A DNA stretch of 64,000 nt, taken from Squalus acanthias (Eukaryota). The stretch lies in the NCBI GenBank assembly GCA_030390025.1, contig CM059438.1, positions 58,902,001-58,966,000 of the forward strand, read 5' to 3'. A program made the translations under genes and the position numbers. A model generated the notes under the pieces. The model did no database searches. It was given only the letters and a program-made list of their open reading frames with translations, and had not been told where the DNA came from. This document shows, in pieces, positions 52,269-64,000 of this stretch (the stretch's first letter is position 1; every line of letters starts with the position of its first letter).

Positions 52269-52482
52269 GGGGTAGTTTGGAGACAGAAAGTAGATGGTCT
52301 GCTTTCTTGTTGCTGATGGTGGGGATCCAGCCCATCTACACTGAGAACCAGATAAACAGCTTTCCAGATGTGTTAGGAAGTCACACATTATCGGACTACA
52401 AAGTGGGAAGATTTAAACACCAGGAGCGACGCAACCCAGCCTGGTGCCCAATTATAATGCGATTTAAAGCAAGGAATTCTGT

Positions 52483-52722
52483 CCCGATTGCAAGACCCGC
52501 CGGCCCCGATTGCAAGCCCCGCCGGCCCCGATTGCAAGCCCCGCCTGCCCCGATTGCAAGCCCCGCCTGCCCCGATTGCAAGCCCCGCCTGCCCCCATTG
52601 CAAGCCCCGCCGGCCCCGATTGCAAGCCCCGCCTGCCCCGATTGCAAGCCCCGCCTGCCCCAATTGCAAGCCCCGCTGGCCCCGATTGCAAGCCCCGCCT
52701 GCCCCAATTGCAAGCCCCGCCT
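52483..52722. repeat. 22-bp GC-rich minisatellite, ~11 copies (ccccgattgcaagccccgcctg)
   Basis: Direct inspection. Confidence 0.96.
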
Positions 52723-52995
52723 TTCCAGGTCGAACGTACTGCACTTCATTTCTCAAACAGTGAAAGTTAATTTACTCAAATCCTTGACTGGAACACAAGC
52801 TGTAGACTGCGGCACCAAAAGTCAGCCTCAGCTGCTCTTCCTGGTATTGTACTTTGTTTGCCCATGCACTGTTACACATTGGAAGCAGAGTGTACTGTAC
52901 CTATATTCATGCCTGCATATACCTAACTGCGTGACAGATTGATTCTGTACTCTAATATGCTCTCTGGACCAGGGTATCAGAGTAGAGTTGTGTAC

Positions 52996-53176
52996 CTTTC
53001 TCATCACTGTAATTGTCCTGTATTTCATCTTCACACAGTTTCTTGGTGACCTTGTAAAGGTCTTTCGCAATCTCCTTCTGATGCGTTGAATCGAGCTCCA
53101 GACAACGAAGCAGGCACTGGAAAGCCTTTTGGAGATGACCAAGGTACCCATTAGCCAGAGACAGCAAGTAATGATT
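52996..53176 (-). CDS. TPR/CHAT gene coding exon 3
   Basis: ccattacag|AAT...AAAG|gtacac, 181 nt, phase 0/1. NHYLLSLANGYLGHLQKAFQCLLRCLELDSTHQKEI... continues the third TPR. Confidence 0.85.
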
Positions 53177-53791
53177 CTGTAATGGAAGACGAGCAGCAAG
53201 TTATCAGCACAGTAACAGACAGAGAATTGTACCACCTGATTAGGCACACCTCAAATCTTCGACTCAAATGGCCTTTTCCTCTTTGACATTTGAACCCGAT
53301 GTTCCCCTCCTCCCCCTTGCCCAGGTGCTAGACAGGCAGTGCAGTCGCCGTCCAGGCCTCGGAACACCCAAATTTGGTGGGCCATGCCATTAACATAGCC
53401 CGGTTGCACAGGGCCCAACGTTGAGAAATCAGCGTGGAAACTGAGGAACATCTGCTGGAGAAGGTCTTCAGACACAGAGAGGCTGCACGAGAAAGGGAGC
53501 ACTTACCTTTGTGGCCTACCTTGCTTTGCTGTCTGCTTCTCTCAAACCATCTGATCTGAGGGGTACCAGGCAGAAGGCCCTCCTCCAGCTTCTTTGGGCT
53601 CCCCAGGAAATGTGCACCATTTGAGTAAAATGACAGGAAGGTGAGACAGAAGGGGTGGGAATAGCCCTTCCACCTCATTACCATGGCTGCCCCCGGTCCA
53701 GTTCCTGGACAAGGCACAGGCCCAGAAATGTCTACCTGGGGAAAGGCCAGAAATTCTGGGGCAACTTCAATGGGACGTAGACTGACTAAAT

Positions 53792-53976
53792 GGGGGTGAA
53801 ATTGGTCTTGGGCAGTAGTGCAAAACGGACAATAGCCAATCGGTAACCCATTTTACGCCCAGACAGATTTTCTTTTCCATCATTGTCAATAGAAAGGAAA
53901 ATCGACAGGTCGTCTAATGGGCAGCCGATCCACTACCACCCATTTTACACCGCTGCTAATCTTGAATTCGACCCCC
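53792..53976. mobile_element. palindromic MITE
   Basis: Termini gggggtgaaatt / aattcgaccccc and internal inverted gattttcttttc / gaaaggaaaatc. Confidence 0.6.
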
Positions 53977-54884
53977 AACATGTCATGCTTTAAGTGACAT
54001 TGAATGAAACAAGGCTCAGCAGGGTGGTCATCAGTCAGAAAAGCCTCACTGCTCCCACCCACCAAGATGCCACCAACCATATTGGCACTGACATGGCGAC
54101 TGCCATGGGGAGGTGTCTTCACAGGGTCTGGGTCAGCAGAGAGTCAGGTGCAGAGCTGTGCCATCTGATGTAAAGATACCTGCTGCTAGCATTCACCATA
54201 AGCTGGCACAGAACTGGCCAGCTGCTGCCTCAAGCCTACACATGGGTTTCCTTTCTCTTCACTTTTGGCTGTCACTTAATAACCCATTATCCCTTTGGCC
54301 TTAGCAGAGGCTGCTGAGGAGTTGAAATGACTTTTGAGCCTTGCTGAAACATTTCGGAGTTCCTGACCTTACACTGTAACACCCCCCCTTTAATTATCTT
54401 CAGCCCTTAAATTTCCCGTACACGGTCATTTTCCTCTCCCACTACTAGTGTGCTCCCCACACTTGCCCAGGTCTGCACCTGGATCTGTGAACAACGATGC
54501 AAAGGAGCTGGCCCCGGAAAGTGGAGTGCTATTAATACATCATCAATCGAGAGAGATTGACACCACTTTTCAACCTTTTAGACATGGCCTACCCAAGTAG
54601 AGAAAAATCAGCCCCTTAACTCCAGCCCCATGACTATGTTTGCCTGCTGATGGTAAATGGGGATGGTATTTGCATCAAAAACATCACAACCTCCTCACCC
54701 AGTGGCAATGATAAACTGGGCCACAGGCAGGTAGACCGATCCCCTGAGCTCCAGGGGAATAAGCGGGACAGCAGTTTTGATTTCTGCAGATTCTGAATGC
54801 ATTTTGGAAGAGCTCTTTTCCCCCCCCCCAACTTTTAAACAGAGTGAGTGTGTTTTCCCAACAAGTGTCTCCCAGAAGTCTGAC

Positions 54885-55094
54885 CTGTGGCGCCTCTGGC
54901 TGGATCTGGATCAGCATTTCTCCATCCAGCCGCGCCTCCTCGTATCGCTTCATCTGGATGAAGGCCACGGCCCGGCACGACAGTAACTGGCAGTCCTTGG
55001 AATCCAGCACGAGACCCTGGGTGTAGCTGCTCACTGCCTCCTGGTACTTCTCCTCTTTCAACGCTTTATCTCCTTGCATCTGCAGGCACGCAAC
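54885..55094 (-). CDS. TPR/CHAT gene coding exon 2 (N-terminal TPR motifs)
   Basis: ttgcag|GTT...CAG|gtcaga, 210 nt, phase 0/0. VACLQMQGDKALKEEKYQEAVSSYTQGLVLDSKDCQLLSCRAVAFIQMKRYEEARLDGEMLIQIQPEAPQ follows the classic TPR pattern. Confidence 0.9.
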
Positions 55095-55519
55095 CTGCAA
55101 CAAACGCACAGTTAGCAACGGGCATTCGTCAGCAGCCTTGAGAAACTCGGACCAACTGCTGCAGGCAAACTGTCCACAAACAGCCTTCAGCTCTCACTAG
55201 ATTGACGGGCTCCTACTTAAAGTGTTATACACAAGTGAAACTGTACTGCTCAGTGCAATAAGAAAAACAGCTTTATACTTCATTGAACTACGTCGTGCTG
55301 TTAAAGCCACAATATACAGGCAAACAGTACACCACATCCAAACACCCAATACACTACAGGCACATACATCAGGTTAAAATCCCCCCCCCCTCCCCCGACC
55401 GAATACACACACAGTCAAACTCAAGCCTGGGCTGGCAGCAGCCCACAGTATTGTTTTGGAGCCAGGAGGAGCACTCTTGCTCCACAGAAACGAAAGCATA
55501 AAAAAGTTACTTACCTTTT

Positions 55520-55770
55520 TGCGAGAGGTCCCTTTAAGAATCGCTGGTTCGGCCGCTGTAGATCTGAAAAAGCAGGAGAGGAGCACGTGCGACGCAAGCA
55601 CCGCCCGGGTGATGACAAATATCAAGCGGGTCCGAAACGAGGAGCTGACACCCTGACTTGCATGTTGAAGGGATCTCCGAACGCCTGTTTCAGGCGGGCG
55701 CCCTGGACACTTGGAAATCACTGGCTTCTAGTTCGGGAGCTGGCACACTTCCGGGGGAGATTGCAACCCG
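55520..55770 (-). promoter_or_regulatory. CpG-rich segment upstream of a strong donor at 55515 (possible internal promoter or alternative exon)
   Basis: Visibly higher CpG density than the flanks, and an AAAAAG|gtaagt donor. Confidence 0.3.
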
Positions 55771-55981
55771 AAATTCACCCCCCCAATACTTTCACCCAAA
55801 CAAAGGGCGTGACCAGGTTGAATTTCTCCCCCACAGTCTCTCATCCAACCCAACAAACAAACCTATATCTAATCCAACAGTCTCTCAACCAACTGACCCA
55901 CAGACTGATATCTAAACCAACACAGTCTCACAACCAACCTGATAGAATCACATCTAACACACACTCAAATTAATCCCCTAA

Positions 55982-58900
55982 AAAAGGAAGACTTGCATTC
56001 ATATAGCGCCTTTCACGATCTCAAGACATCCCAAAGCGCTTTACACCCAATGAAGGGTAGCATACTGGTAATGTTACTGGGCTAGTAATCCAGAGGCCTG
56101 GACTAATGATCCAGGGACATGAGTTCAAATCCCACCACGGCAGCTGGGGAATTTTAATTCAGTTAATTAAATAAATCTGTAATAAAAAGCTAGTATCAGT
56201 AATCGTGACCATGCAACTATCGGATTATCATAAAAACCCATCTGGTTCGCTAATGTCCTTTAGGGAAGGAAATCTGCCGTCCTTACCTGGTCTGGCCTAT
56301 ATGTGACTCCAGACCCACAGCAATGTCATTGACTCTTAACTGCCCTCTGAAATGGCCCAGCAAGCCACTCAGTTGTAACCAATTGCTACAAGAAACAATA
56401 AGAAGAATAAAATCGACGGGCCACCTGGCATCAACCTAGGCACCGGCTTCGGACACGACAACAGCAGTCCCAGCCCAGTCAACCCTGCAAAGTCCTCCTC
56501 ACTAACATCTGGGGCCTTATGCCAAAATTGGGAGAGCTGTCCCACAGACGAGTCAAGCAACAGCCTGACACAGTCATACTCACAGAATCATACCTTTCAG
56601 CCAATGTCTCAGACTCTTCCATCACCATCCCTGAGTACGTCCTGTCCCACTAGCAGGACAGACCCACCAGAGGTGGCGGCACAGTGGCATACAGTCAGGA
56701 GGGAGTGGCCCTGGGAGTCCTCAACATTGAATCCGGACCCCATGAAGTCTCAAGGCTTCAGGTCAAGCATGGGCAAGGAAACCTCCTGCTGATTACCACC
56801 TACCGCCTTCCCTCAGCTGATGAATCAGTACTCCTTCATGTTGAACACCACTTGGAAGAAGCACGGAGAGTAGCAAGGGCACAGAATGTACTCTGGGTGG
56901 GGGACTTTAATGTCCATCTCCAAGAGTGGTTCGGTAGCACCACTACTGACCGAGCTGGCCGAGTCCTGAAGGACACAGCTGCCAGACTAGGACTGCGACA
57001 GGTGGTGAGAGAAGCAACTCGAGGGAAACACCTACTTGACCTCGTCCTCACCAATCTACCTGTCGCAGATGCATCTGTCCATGACAGTATTGGTAGCAGT
57101 GACCACTGCACAGTCCTTGTGGAGACGAAGTCCCGTCTTCACACTGAGGATACCCTCCATCGTGTTGTGTGGCACTACCACCGTGCTAAATGGGATAGAT
57201 TCAGAACAGATCTTGCAGCTCAAAACTGGGCATCCATGAGGCGCTGTGGGCCATCATCAGCAGCAGAATTTTATTCCACCACAATCTGTAACCTCATGGC
57301 CCGGCATATCCCTCACTCTACCATTACCATTAAGCCAGGGGACCAACCCTAGTTCAATAAGGAGTGCAGAAAAGCATGCCAGGAGCAGCACCAGGTGTAC
57401 CTAAAAATGAGGTGCCAACCTGGGGAAGCTGCAACACAGGACTGCATGCATGCTAAACAGCGGAAGCAGCATGCTATAGACAGAGCTAAGCGATCCCACA
57501 ATCAACGGATCAAATCAAAGCTCTGCAGTCCTGCCACATCCAGTCGTGAATGGTGGTGGACAATTAAACAACTAACGGGAGGAGGAGGCTCCATGAATAT
57601 CCCCATCCTCAATGATGGTGGAGCCCAGCGCGCGAGTGCAAAAGACAAGGCTGAAGCATTTGCAATCATCTTCAGCCAGAAGTACCAAGTGGATGATCCA
57701 TATCGACCTCCTCCTGAGGTCCCCACTACCACAGAAGCTAGTCTTCAGCCAGTTCGATTCACTCCACGTGATATCAAGAAACGACTGAGCGCACTGGATA
57801 CAGAAAAGGCTATGGGCCCCGACAACATCCCAGCTGTCGTGCTGAGGACTTGTGCTCCAGAACTAGCCGCGCCTCTAGCCAAGCTGTTCCAGTACAGCTA
57901 CAACATCTACCAGACAATGTGGAAAACTGTCCACAAAAAGCAGGACAAATCCAATCTGGCCAATTACCTCCCCATCAGTCTACTCTCAATCATCAGCAAA
58001 GTGATGGAAAGTGTCGTCAACAGTGCTATCAAGCGGCACTTACTCACCAATAACCTGCTCACCGATGCTCAGTTTGGATTCCGCCTGGACCACTCGGCTC
58101 CCGACCTCATTACAGCCTCGGTCTAAGCATGGACAAAAAGAGCTGAATTCCAGAGGCGAGGCAAGAGTGACTGCCCTTGACATCAAGGCAGCATTTGACC
58201 GAGTGTGGCATCAAGGAGCCCTAGTAAAATTGAAGTCAATGGGAATCGGGGGGAAACTCTCCACTGGCTGGAGTCATACCTAGCACAAAGGAAGATGGTT
58301 GTGGTTGTTGGAGGGCAATCATCTCAGCCCCAGGATATCGCTGCAGAAGTTCCTCAGGGCAGTGTCCTAGGCCCAACCATCTTCAGTTGCTTCATCAATG
58401 ACCTTTCCTCCATCATAAGGTCAGAAGTGGGGATGTTCACTGATGATTGCAGAGTGTTCAGTTTCCATTCGCAACTCCTCAGATAATGAAGCAGTCCATG
58501 CCCGCATACAGCAAGACCTGGATGACATTCAGGCTTGGGCTGATAAGTGGCAAGTAACACTCGTGCCACACAAGTGCCAGGAATGACTATCTCCAACAAG
58601 CGAGAGTCTAACCACCACCACAGTGATATTCAACAGCAATACAATCGCCGAAACCGCACCCCCCCCCCCCCACCCCCATCAACATCCTGGGAGTCACCAT
58701 TGACCAGAAACTTAACTGGACCAGCCACGTAAATACTGTGGCTACAAGAGCAGGTCAGAGGCTGGGTATTCTGTGGCAAGTGTCTCACCTCCCGACTCCC
58801 CAAAGCCTTTCCACCATCTACAAGGCACAAGTCAGGAGTGTGATTGAGTACTCTCCACTTGCCTGGATGAGTGCAGCTCCAACAACACTCAAGAAGCTCG

Positions 58901-59550
58901 ACACCATCTAGGACAAAAAAGCCCGCTTGACTGACACCCCATTCACCACCTTAAACATTCACTCCCTCCACCACCAGCGCACCGTGGCTGCAGTGTGCGC
59001 CGTCTACAAGATGCACTGCAGCAACTCGTCAAGGCTTCTTCGGCAGCACCTCCCAAACCTGCGACCTTTTCCACCTAGAAGGACAAGGGCAGCAGGCGCA
59101 TGGGAACACCCTCAACTGCAAGTTCTCCTCCAAGTTACACACCATCCTGACTTAGTAATATATCAGCGTTCCTTCATCGTCGCTGGGTCAAAATGCTGAA
59201 AATCCCTCCCTAACAGCACTGTGGGAGTACCTTCACCACACAGACTGCAGTGGTTCAAGGCGGTGGCTCACCACCACCTTCTCAAGGGCAATTAGTGATG
59301 GGCAATAAATGCTGGCCTTGCCAGCAACGCCCACATCCCAGGAACTAATATAAAAGTGCTTTTGAACTGTGGTCACTATTGCAATGTAGGAAACGAGGAA
59401 GCCAATTTGCGCAGAGCAATCTCCCACAAACAGCAATATGATAATGGTGAGATAATCTGCTTTAATGATGTTGGTTGAGGGATAAATATTGGCCAGTACA
59501 CCGGGGAGAACTCCCCTGCTCTTCTTCGAAAATAGTGCCATGGGATCTTA
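55982..59550 (-). mobile_element. DeuSINE split by a LINE insertion (pieces 55982-56054 and 59355-59550)
   Basis: The SINE sequence cccaatgaag|...|aagtgcttttgaa resumes after the LINE tail. Confidence 0.8.
56055..59354 (+). mobile_element. apparently full-length single-ORF LINE (APE + RT, CR1/L2-group-like) with tRNA-like 5' head, disrupted
   Basis: Head with B box gagttcaaatcc. Endonuclease (YRLPS, GDFN, LDLVLT, SDH) in 56684-57352. RT motifs [32 protein letters not shown] and FTDD. Both ends are delimited by the host SINE. Confidence 0.88.
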
Positions 59551-61415
59551 AGAAGTCTTTCAAATATTTCTTCAGTACAATGCAGGAATGTGGACAGAAA
59601 TACAAGCTGAAAGAGACACGAGTCTTCAAATGCACCAGATGATGGTCAAAGTAACATTCCTGCAGCATTCATTGAAAGATACAATGACGATTTAATAAAC
59701 CTGGTTAGTGATGATGAATGAAGGCAGCTCAAGAAACCACAGCTATTATTTACACAAGCCAGATTATATATCTTTACATAAACTGACTCAAGGATCTGTA
59801 ATCACTATAGACACTTGATTACTCACAGTTTGCTTTACTTCCTACGATGACAAAAATAGGTTGAGGGCATCCAGAGTTCAGTCACCAGGCCACAGTGGAG
59901 AATTGGCCAGCTCTTCACACAAGGCTTCATAGGAGGATGAGAAATGCTAGCTTCTCTGGTTCTTAGCTTCGCACATTGTATAAAAGGTGCGTGTTTGGAG
60001 GGGGCTAGTGAGGCTGTGGGTTACATCACTGTTCTTTCAGCTCTGGCACAAGGGTTTGCATCCATATGGACCAATGAGCTGGATGTACCAGCTGTCTGCT
60101 CACTGAAAAGATCCTAAAAAGAATTCGATAATAAACTGCCTGCTAACTACAAAGCTTCACTCAGGGAGGTCACAAGGATGGATGGTGTGGGAACTGGCTG
60201 GTGCAATAGGGCCTGCTTTTTATGGTCTGGTAGTAAGAGACATTGTTGGCACAGGGTAGGGAGAGTTTTATGCTGATTCTAACCTATAGGTGGCCTGAGA
60301 GTCTTTGATGCTGAATATGTCACCAAAATATGGGGGGGGGGGGGAATATCATTCTCTAGCATTGCCATCCCTAATTTTGCTAAACAAACAAGTAAACCCA
60401 CAGAGAAAAACAACACAAAATGGCTATTCAGTGCCATCCGCCATTTTGAGTGGTGCTCCTTGTATCATACAGAAGTGCCACTATCCCAAGACCATTGTGG
60501 CACTGACCTTCCTCTCCACTGGTCTGTCGAAGTTTGGGTCCATACTGCTGCAGGAGTTGGTCACAGTCTCTCAGTTGGCATCCAACTAAATTCGCAATCA
60601 CCAAAATACCAACAAATCGCAACGGAAGAGGTATCGAATGTACAAATCAAGCATTGGGCAAGTGTGTAACAAACTCGGGCCATTTCAAAAGCTACAGAGA
60701 TTTACCGTTTAAACTGTAATCAGGGGCACTGAGACTTGTAGCATTACTCCTAGACTAGCTTTAGTCCTCACAGTTTTCTCCCCTCCTCTCCGGAACGTGC
60801 GGACTCTGCTGGGACAGTCCTCTGGTACCTCGCCCAAGTGCTCAGACAGTGAGCATCAATGGGCTGCTTAACTACATGCAGTCACTGGACAGGGATCAGG
60901 AAGAGGAGACCTTGCTGGTACCTCCCGTCCCTAGCCCAGGGCATTACAAGTAACTGTAGCACACCAGCTCCTGGCGTGGCCAAGATCAGCTGAGCACCGA
61001 CTGGGCATGGAACCCGGGACGTTACGGACAGCCTGGCTTTAAACTTCCCCTTTGACTGTTGGCTGGACGGTCGTTCTGCTCAGGATATTGTTGATCTGAC
61101 TGGATTGCACCTGCCTCGCGAGGAGGACTTACATAACATCACAAAGATCAGGCAGTCCCCTGACTGCTGTCTCATCTGTGCAGAGACATTCTCGCCACGG
61201 CACTGATCGCTGAGCCTGCTACAGGTTAACAGTTAAACCACCTCGCCCCTTATGGTCAGTCAGAGGCCCCTTCGGAGTTTCTGATCTTGTTGTTTTAAAA
61301 CTGACCACAATGAATCCTGGGTCCTGGATGGAGCATTAGTAAGGGCCTCAGTGCTCCTGGATAGGAAGGAGGGGGAAGAGAAACAGCCAGCGTCCCTGTT
61401 CCTTGGTGTCGGCCC

Positions 61416-61840
61416 TGCCTCAGTGGCAGCACTCTCGTCTCTGAGTTAGAAGGTTGTGAGTTCAAGCCCCACTCCAGAGACTTGAGCCCATAATTTAGGC
61501 TGACACTTCAGTGCAGTACTGAGGGAGTGCTGCACTGTCAGAGGTGCTGTCTTTCAGATGAGACGTTAAACCGAGGCCCCGTCTGCTCTCTCAGGTGGAT
61601 GTAAAAGATCCTATGGCACTATTTTGAAGAAGAACAGGGGAGTTCCCACCCCCTGGTGTCCTGTCCAATAATTATCCCTCAACCAACATCACTAAAACAG
61701 ATTATCTGGTAGTTGTCACACTGCTGCCGCGTTTCCTACATTACAACAGCGACTACACTTCAAAAAGTACTTAATTGGCTGTGAAGCGCTTTGGGACGTC
61801 CTGAGGTTGTGAAAGGCGCTGCATCAATCTTTCTTTCTTT
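61416..61840 (+). mobile_element. DeuSINE, inserted in an older SINE-like repeat
   Basis: Head, Deu core and tail as in 22471-22916. Confidence 0.88.
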
Positions 61841-62351
61841 TTCTATTAAATGACCCCGCTGGGAAATGTGCGTGTGGGGTTGCCTGCATCAGGGTTGATT
61901 ATGCCACCTCCTGTGATTGAATAGCCTGATGGCCCTCACTGTGAATAGACTCATCCATGAGAGATGGCCCCTTGGGCAATGCATTAGTGCTTCCTTCATT
62001 CAGCTTCAGCAAGTGAATTCTAGCTCCTCTCCCACAGCGAGGTTACCAGTTACCATGCGCCAGCTTGACTCACCAACTGAATGGAATATGTTGCAGGGTC
62101 ACTCTGTGAAGCTCCGACGCCAACTTGCCAGATTTGGCAGGTCAGACATAGGACTGTAACAGCACAGCTCTCCAACCTCCGCTCACTACAAGCCCACTTG
62201 GAAATGGAACCTTGCAAAATGATACCTCTAATGTCCACGCCTGGGTATATAAAACAAGACACACATATCACTGTTGGGGGTTGGGGGGGGGGGGTGGGGG
62301 GGGGGAGTACGATTTGCCCCACTGTTCAGCGGCATAACCTATAATGCTTAC

Positions 62352-62444
62352 CTTTTGAAACTCTATGATCGTGCCTGTGGAGGCTGGTTCTGGACTACAG
62401 GGAGGATCTGTTGGCATATTGCTCTGGTCAACCTTTAAAACCAT
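62352..62444 (-). CDS. TPR/CHAT (TTC28-like) gene, first coding exon (exon spans 62352-62458)
   Basis: Acceptor tttttgttcccacag|G at 62458 and an in-frame upstream TGA. ATG sits in a strong context (aagATGG) and encodes MVLKVDQSNMPTDPPCSPEPASTGTIIEFQK. The phase-0 donor AAG|gtaagc joins in frame to the exon at 55094. Confidence 0.65.
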
Positions 62445-62682
62445 CTTCACTCACGGGCCTGTGGGAACAAAAAGCATGTTAATTCACAGGGTTGCTGAGA
62501 AGACTACATCTAGGACTTCCAACCCCTGGCCCTCAGCAGCACCAGATGTCGAGCCATGTTATCATCTGGCAGCATTTACCCTAAACCTCTAAAGAGACCA
62601 ATGTGTGTCCTTGTGGTACAAAGGCAATATGCCCAGTTATACAGCCCTGTGCAAAGACTGCTTCAATACATATCAACACAGA

Positions 62683-62850
62683 GGGGCTCGATCTGGACTT
62701 TGTGCGAAAGAATAAAACGGTTGATAGTGAGTCAGCAGCCCGTTATACATCTGTCCCGATTTTTATTTCTATTAACTTCATTGGAAATAAAAATTGGAAG
62801 AGATGTAAAACGGGCTGCTGACTCACTGTCACCCGTTTTACATGATCGCG
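62683..62850. mobile_element. palindromic MITE, right end cut by a LINE
   Basis: ~55-bp inverted arms aaaacggttgatagtgagtcagcagcccgtt...tttttatttc / gaaataaaaa...aacgggctgctgactcactgtcacccgtttt. Confidence 0.7.
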
Positions 62851-62851
62851 A

Positions 62852-64000
62852 GGATTTTTTTTTTTTTTATTATTCGTTTATGGGATGTGGGCGGCGCTGG
62901 CAAGGCCAGCATTTATTGTTCATCCCTAGTTGCCCTCGAGAAGCTGGTGGTGAGCCGCCTTCTTGAACCGCTGCAGTCTGTGTGGTGAAGGTACAGTGCT
63001 GTTAGGGAGGGAGTTCCAGGATTTTGACCCAGCGACGATGAAGGATCGGCGATATACTTCTAAGTCAGGATGGTGTGTGACTTGGAGATGGTGGTGTTCC
63101 CATGCGTCTGCAGCCCTTGTCCTTCTAGGTGGAAGAGGTCGTAGGTTTGGGAGGTGCTGCCGAAGAAGCCTTGGGGAGTTGCTGCAGTGCATCTTGTCGA
63201 TGGTACACACTGCAGCCACGGTACGCCGGTGGTGGAGAGAGTGAATGTTTAAGGTGGTGGATGGGGTGCCAATCAAGCGGGCTGCTTTGTCCTGGATGGT
63301 GTCGAGCTTCTTGAGTGTTGTTGGAGCTGCACTCATCCAGGCAAGTGGAGACTATTCCATCACATTCCTGACTTGTGCCTTGTAGATGGTTGAAAGGCTT
63401 TGGGGAGTCAGGAGGGGAGACACTCGCCGCAGAATACCTAACCTCTGACCTGCTCTTGTTGCCACATTACTTATGTGGCTGGTCCAGTTAAGTTTCTGGT
63501 CAATGGTGACCCCCAGGATGTTGATGGTGGGGGATTCGGCGATGGTAATGCCATTGAATGTCAAGGGGCGGTGGTTAGACTCTCGCTTGTTGGAGATAGT
63601 CATTGCCTGGCACTTCTGTAGCACGAATGTTACCTGCCACTTATCAGCCCAAGCCTGAACGTCGTCCAGGTCTTGTTGCATGCGGGCATGGACTGCTTCA
63701 TTATCTGAGGAGTTGTGAATGGCGCTGAACACTGTGCGGTCATCAGCGAACATCCCCATTTCTGACCTTATGTTGGAGGGAAGGTCATTGATGAAGCAGC
63801 TGAAGATAGTTGGGCCTAGGACACTGCCCTGAGGAACTCCTGCAGCGATGTCCTGGGGCTGTGATGATTGACCTTCAACCACCACAAACATCTTCCTTTG
63901 TGCCAAGTATGACTCCAGCCAATGGAGAGTTTTCCCCCCGATTCTCATTGACTTCAGTTTTACTAGGGCTCCTTGATGCCACACTCGGTCAAATGCTGCC
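62852..64000 (-). mobile_element. LINE 3' half, same family as 56055-59354, running off the window
   Basis: ORFs 63352-63984 ([12 protein letters not shown]) and 62926-63336, with a poly(A) tail near 62855-62868. Confidence 0.92.

Noticed and set aside
59990..60300. Possible ancient SINE remnant
   Set aside because: The tRNA-head resemblance is weak and too diverged to support without a database search.

Overview
Vertebrate genomic DNA, very probably from a cartilaginous fish: it carries an HE1-type V-SINE, many SacSINE1/AmnSINE1-type DeuSINEs and abundant CR1 LINEs. There is no prokaryotic content, CRISPR array, rRNA or true tRNA. Almost the whole window lies inside one minus-strand, multi-exon gene for a TPR-repeat protein whose CHAT-like (TTC28-type) domain begins near the left edge. 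I reconstructed 9 phase-compatible coding exons from a start codon at 62444 down to ~2174, plus 2 tentative small exons. The gene continues beyond the window on the left, and a 5' non-coding exon is implied on the right. One intron (23385-49160) is 95% filled by a ~24.4-kb array of a 32-bp unit. Each unit has four G-runs and one TTAGGG on the transcribed strand. This array, and an inverted 35-bp sister array at 51064-52218, each grew out of the same 3'-end segment of a CR1-type LINE copy. Other introns hold nested elements: CR1s, a deleted Harbinger with its 3-exon Myb/SANT gene, a Penelope-type fragment with a minimal hammerhead ribozyme, a LINE with a tRNA-like head plus a related short element, MITEs and several minisatellites. 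Family names come from recalled motifs rather than database searches, and repeat boundaries are approximate.
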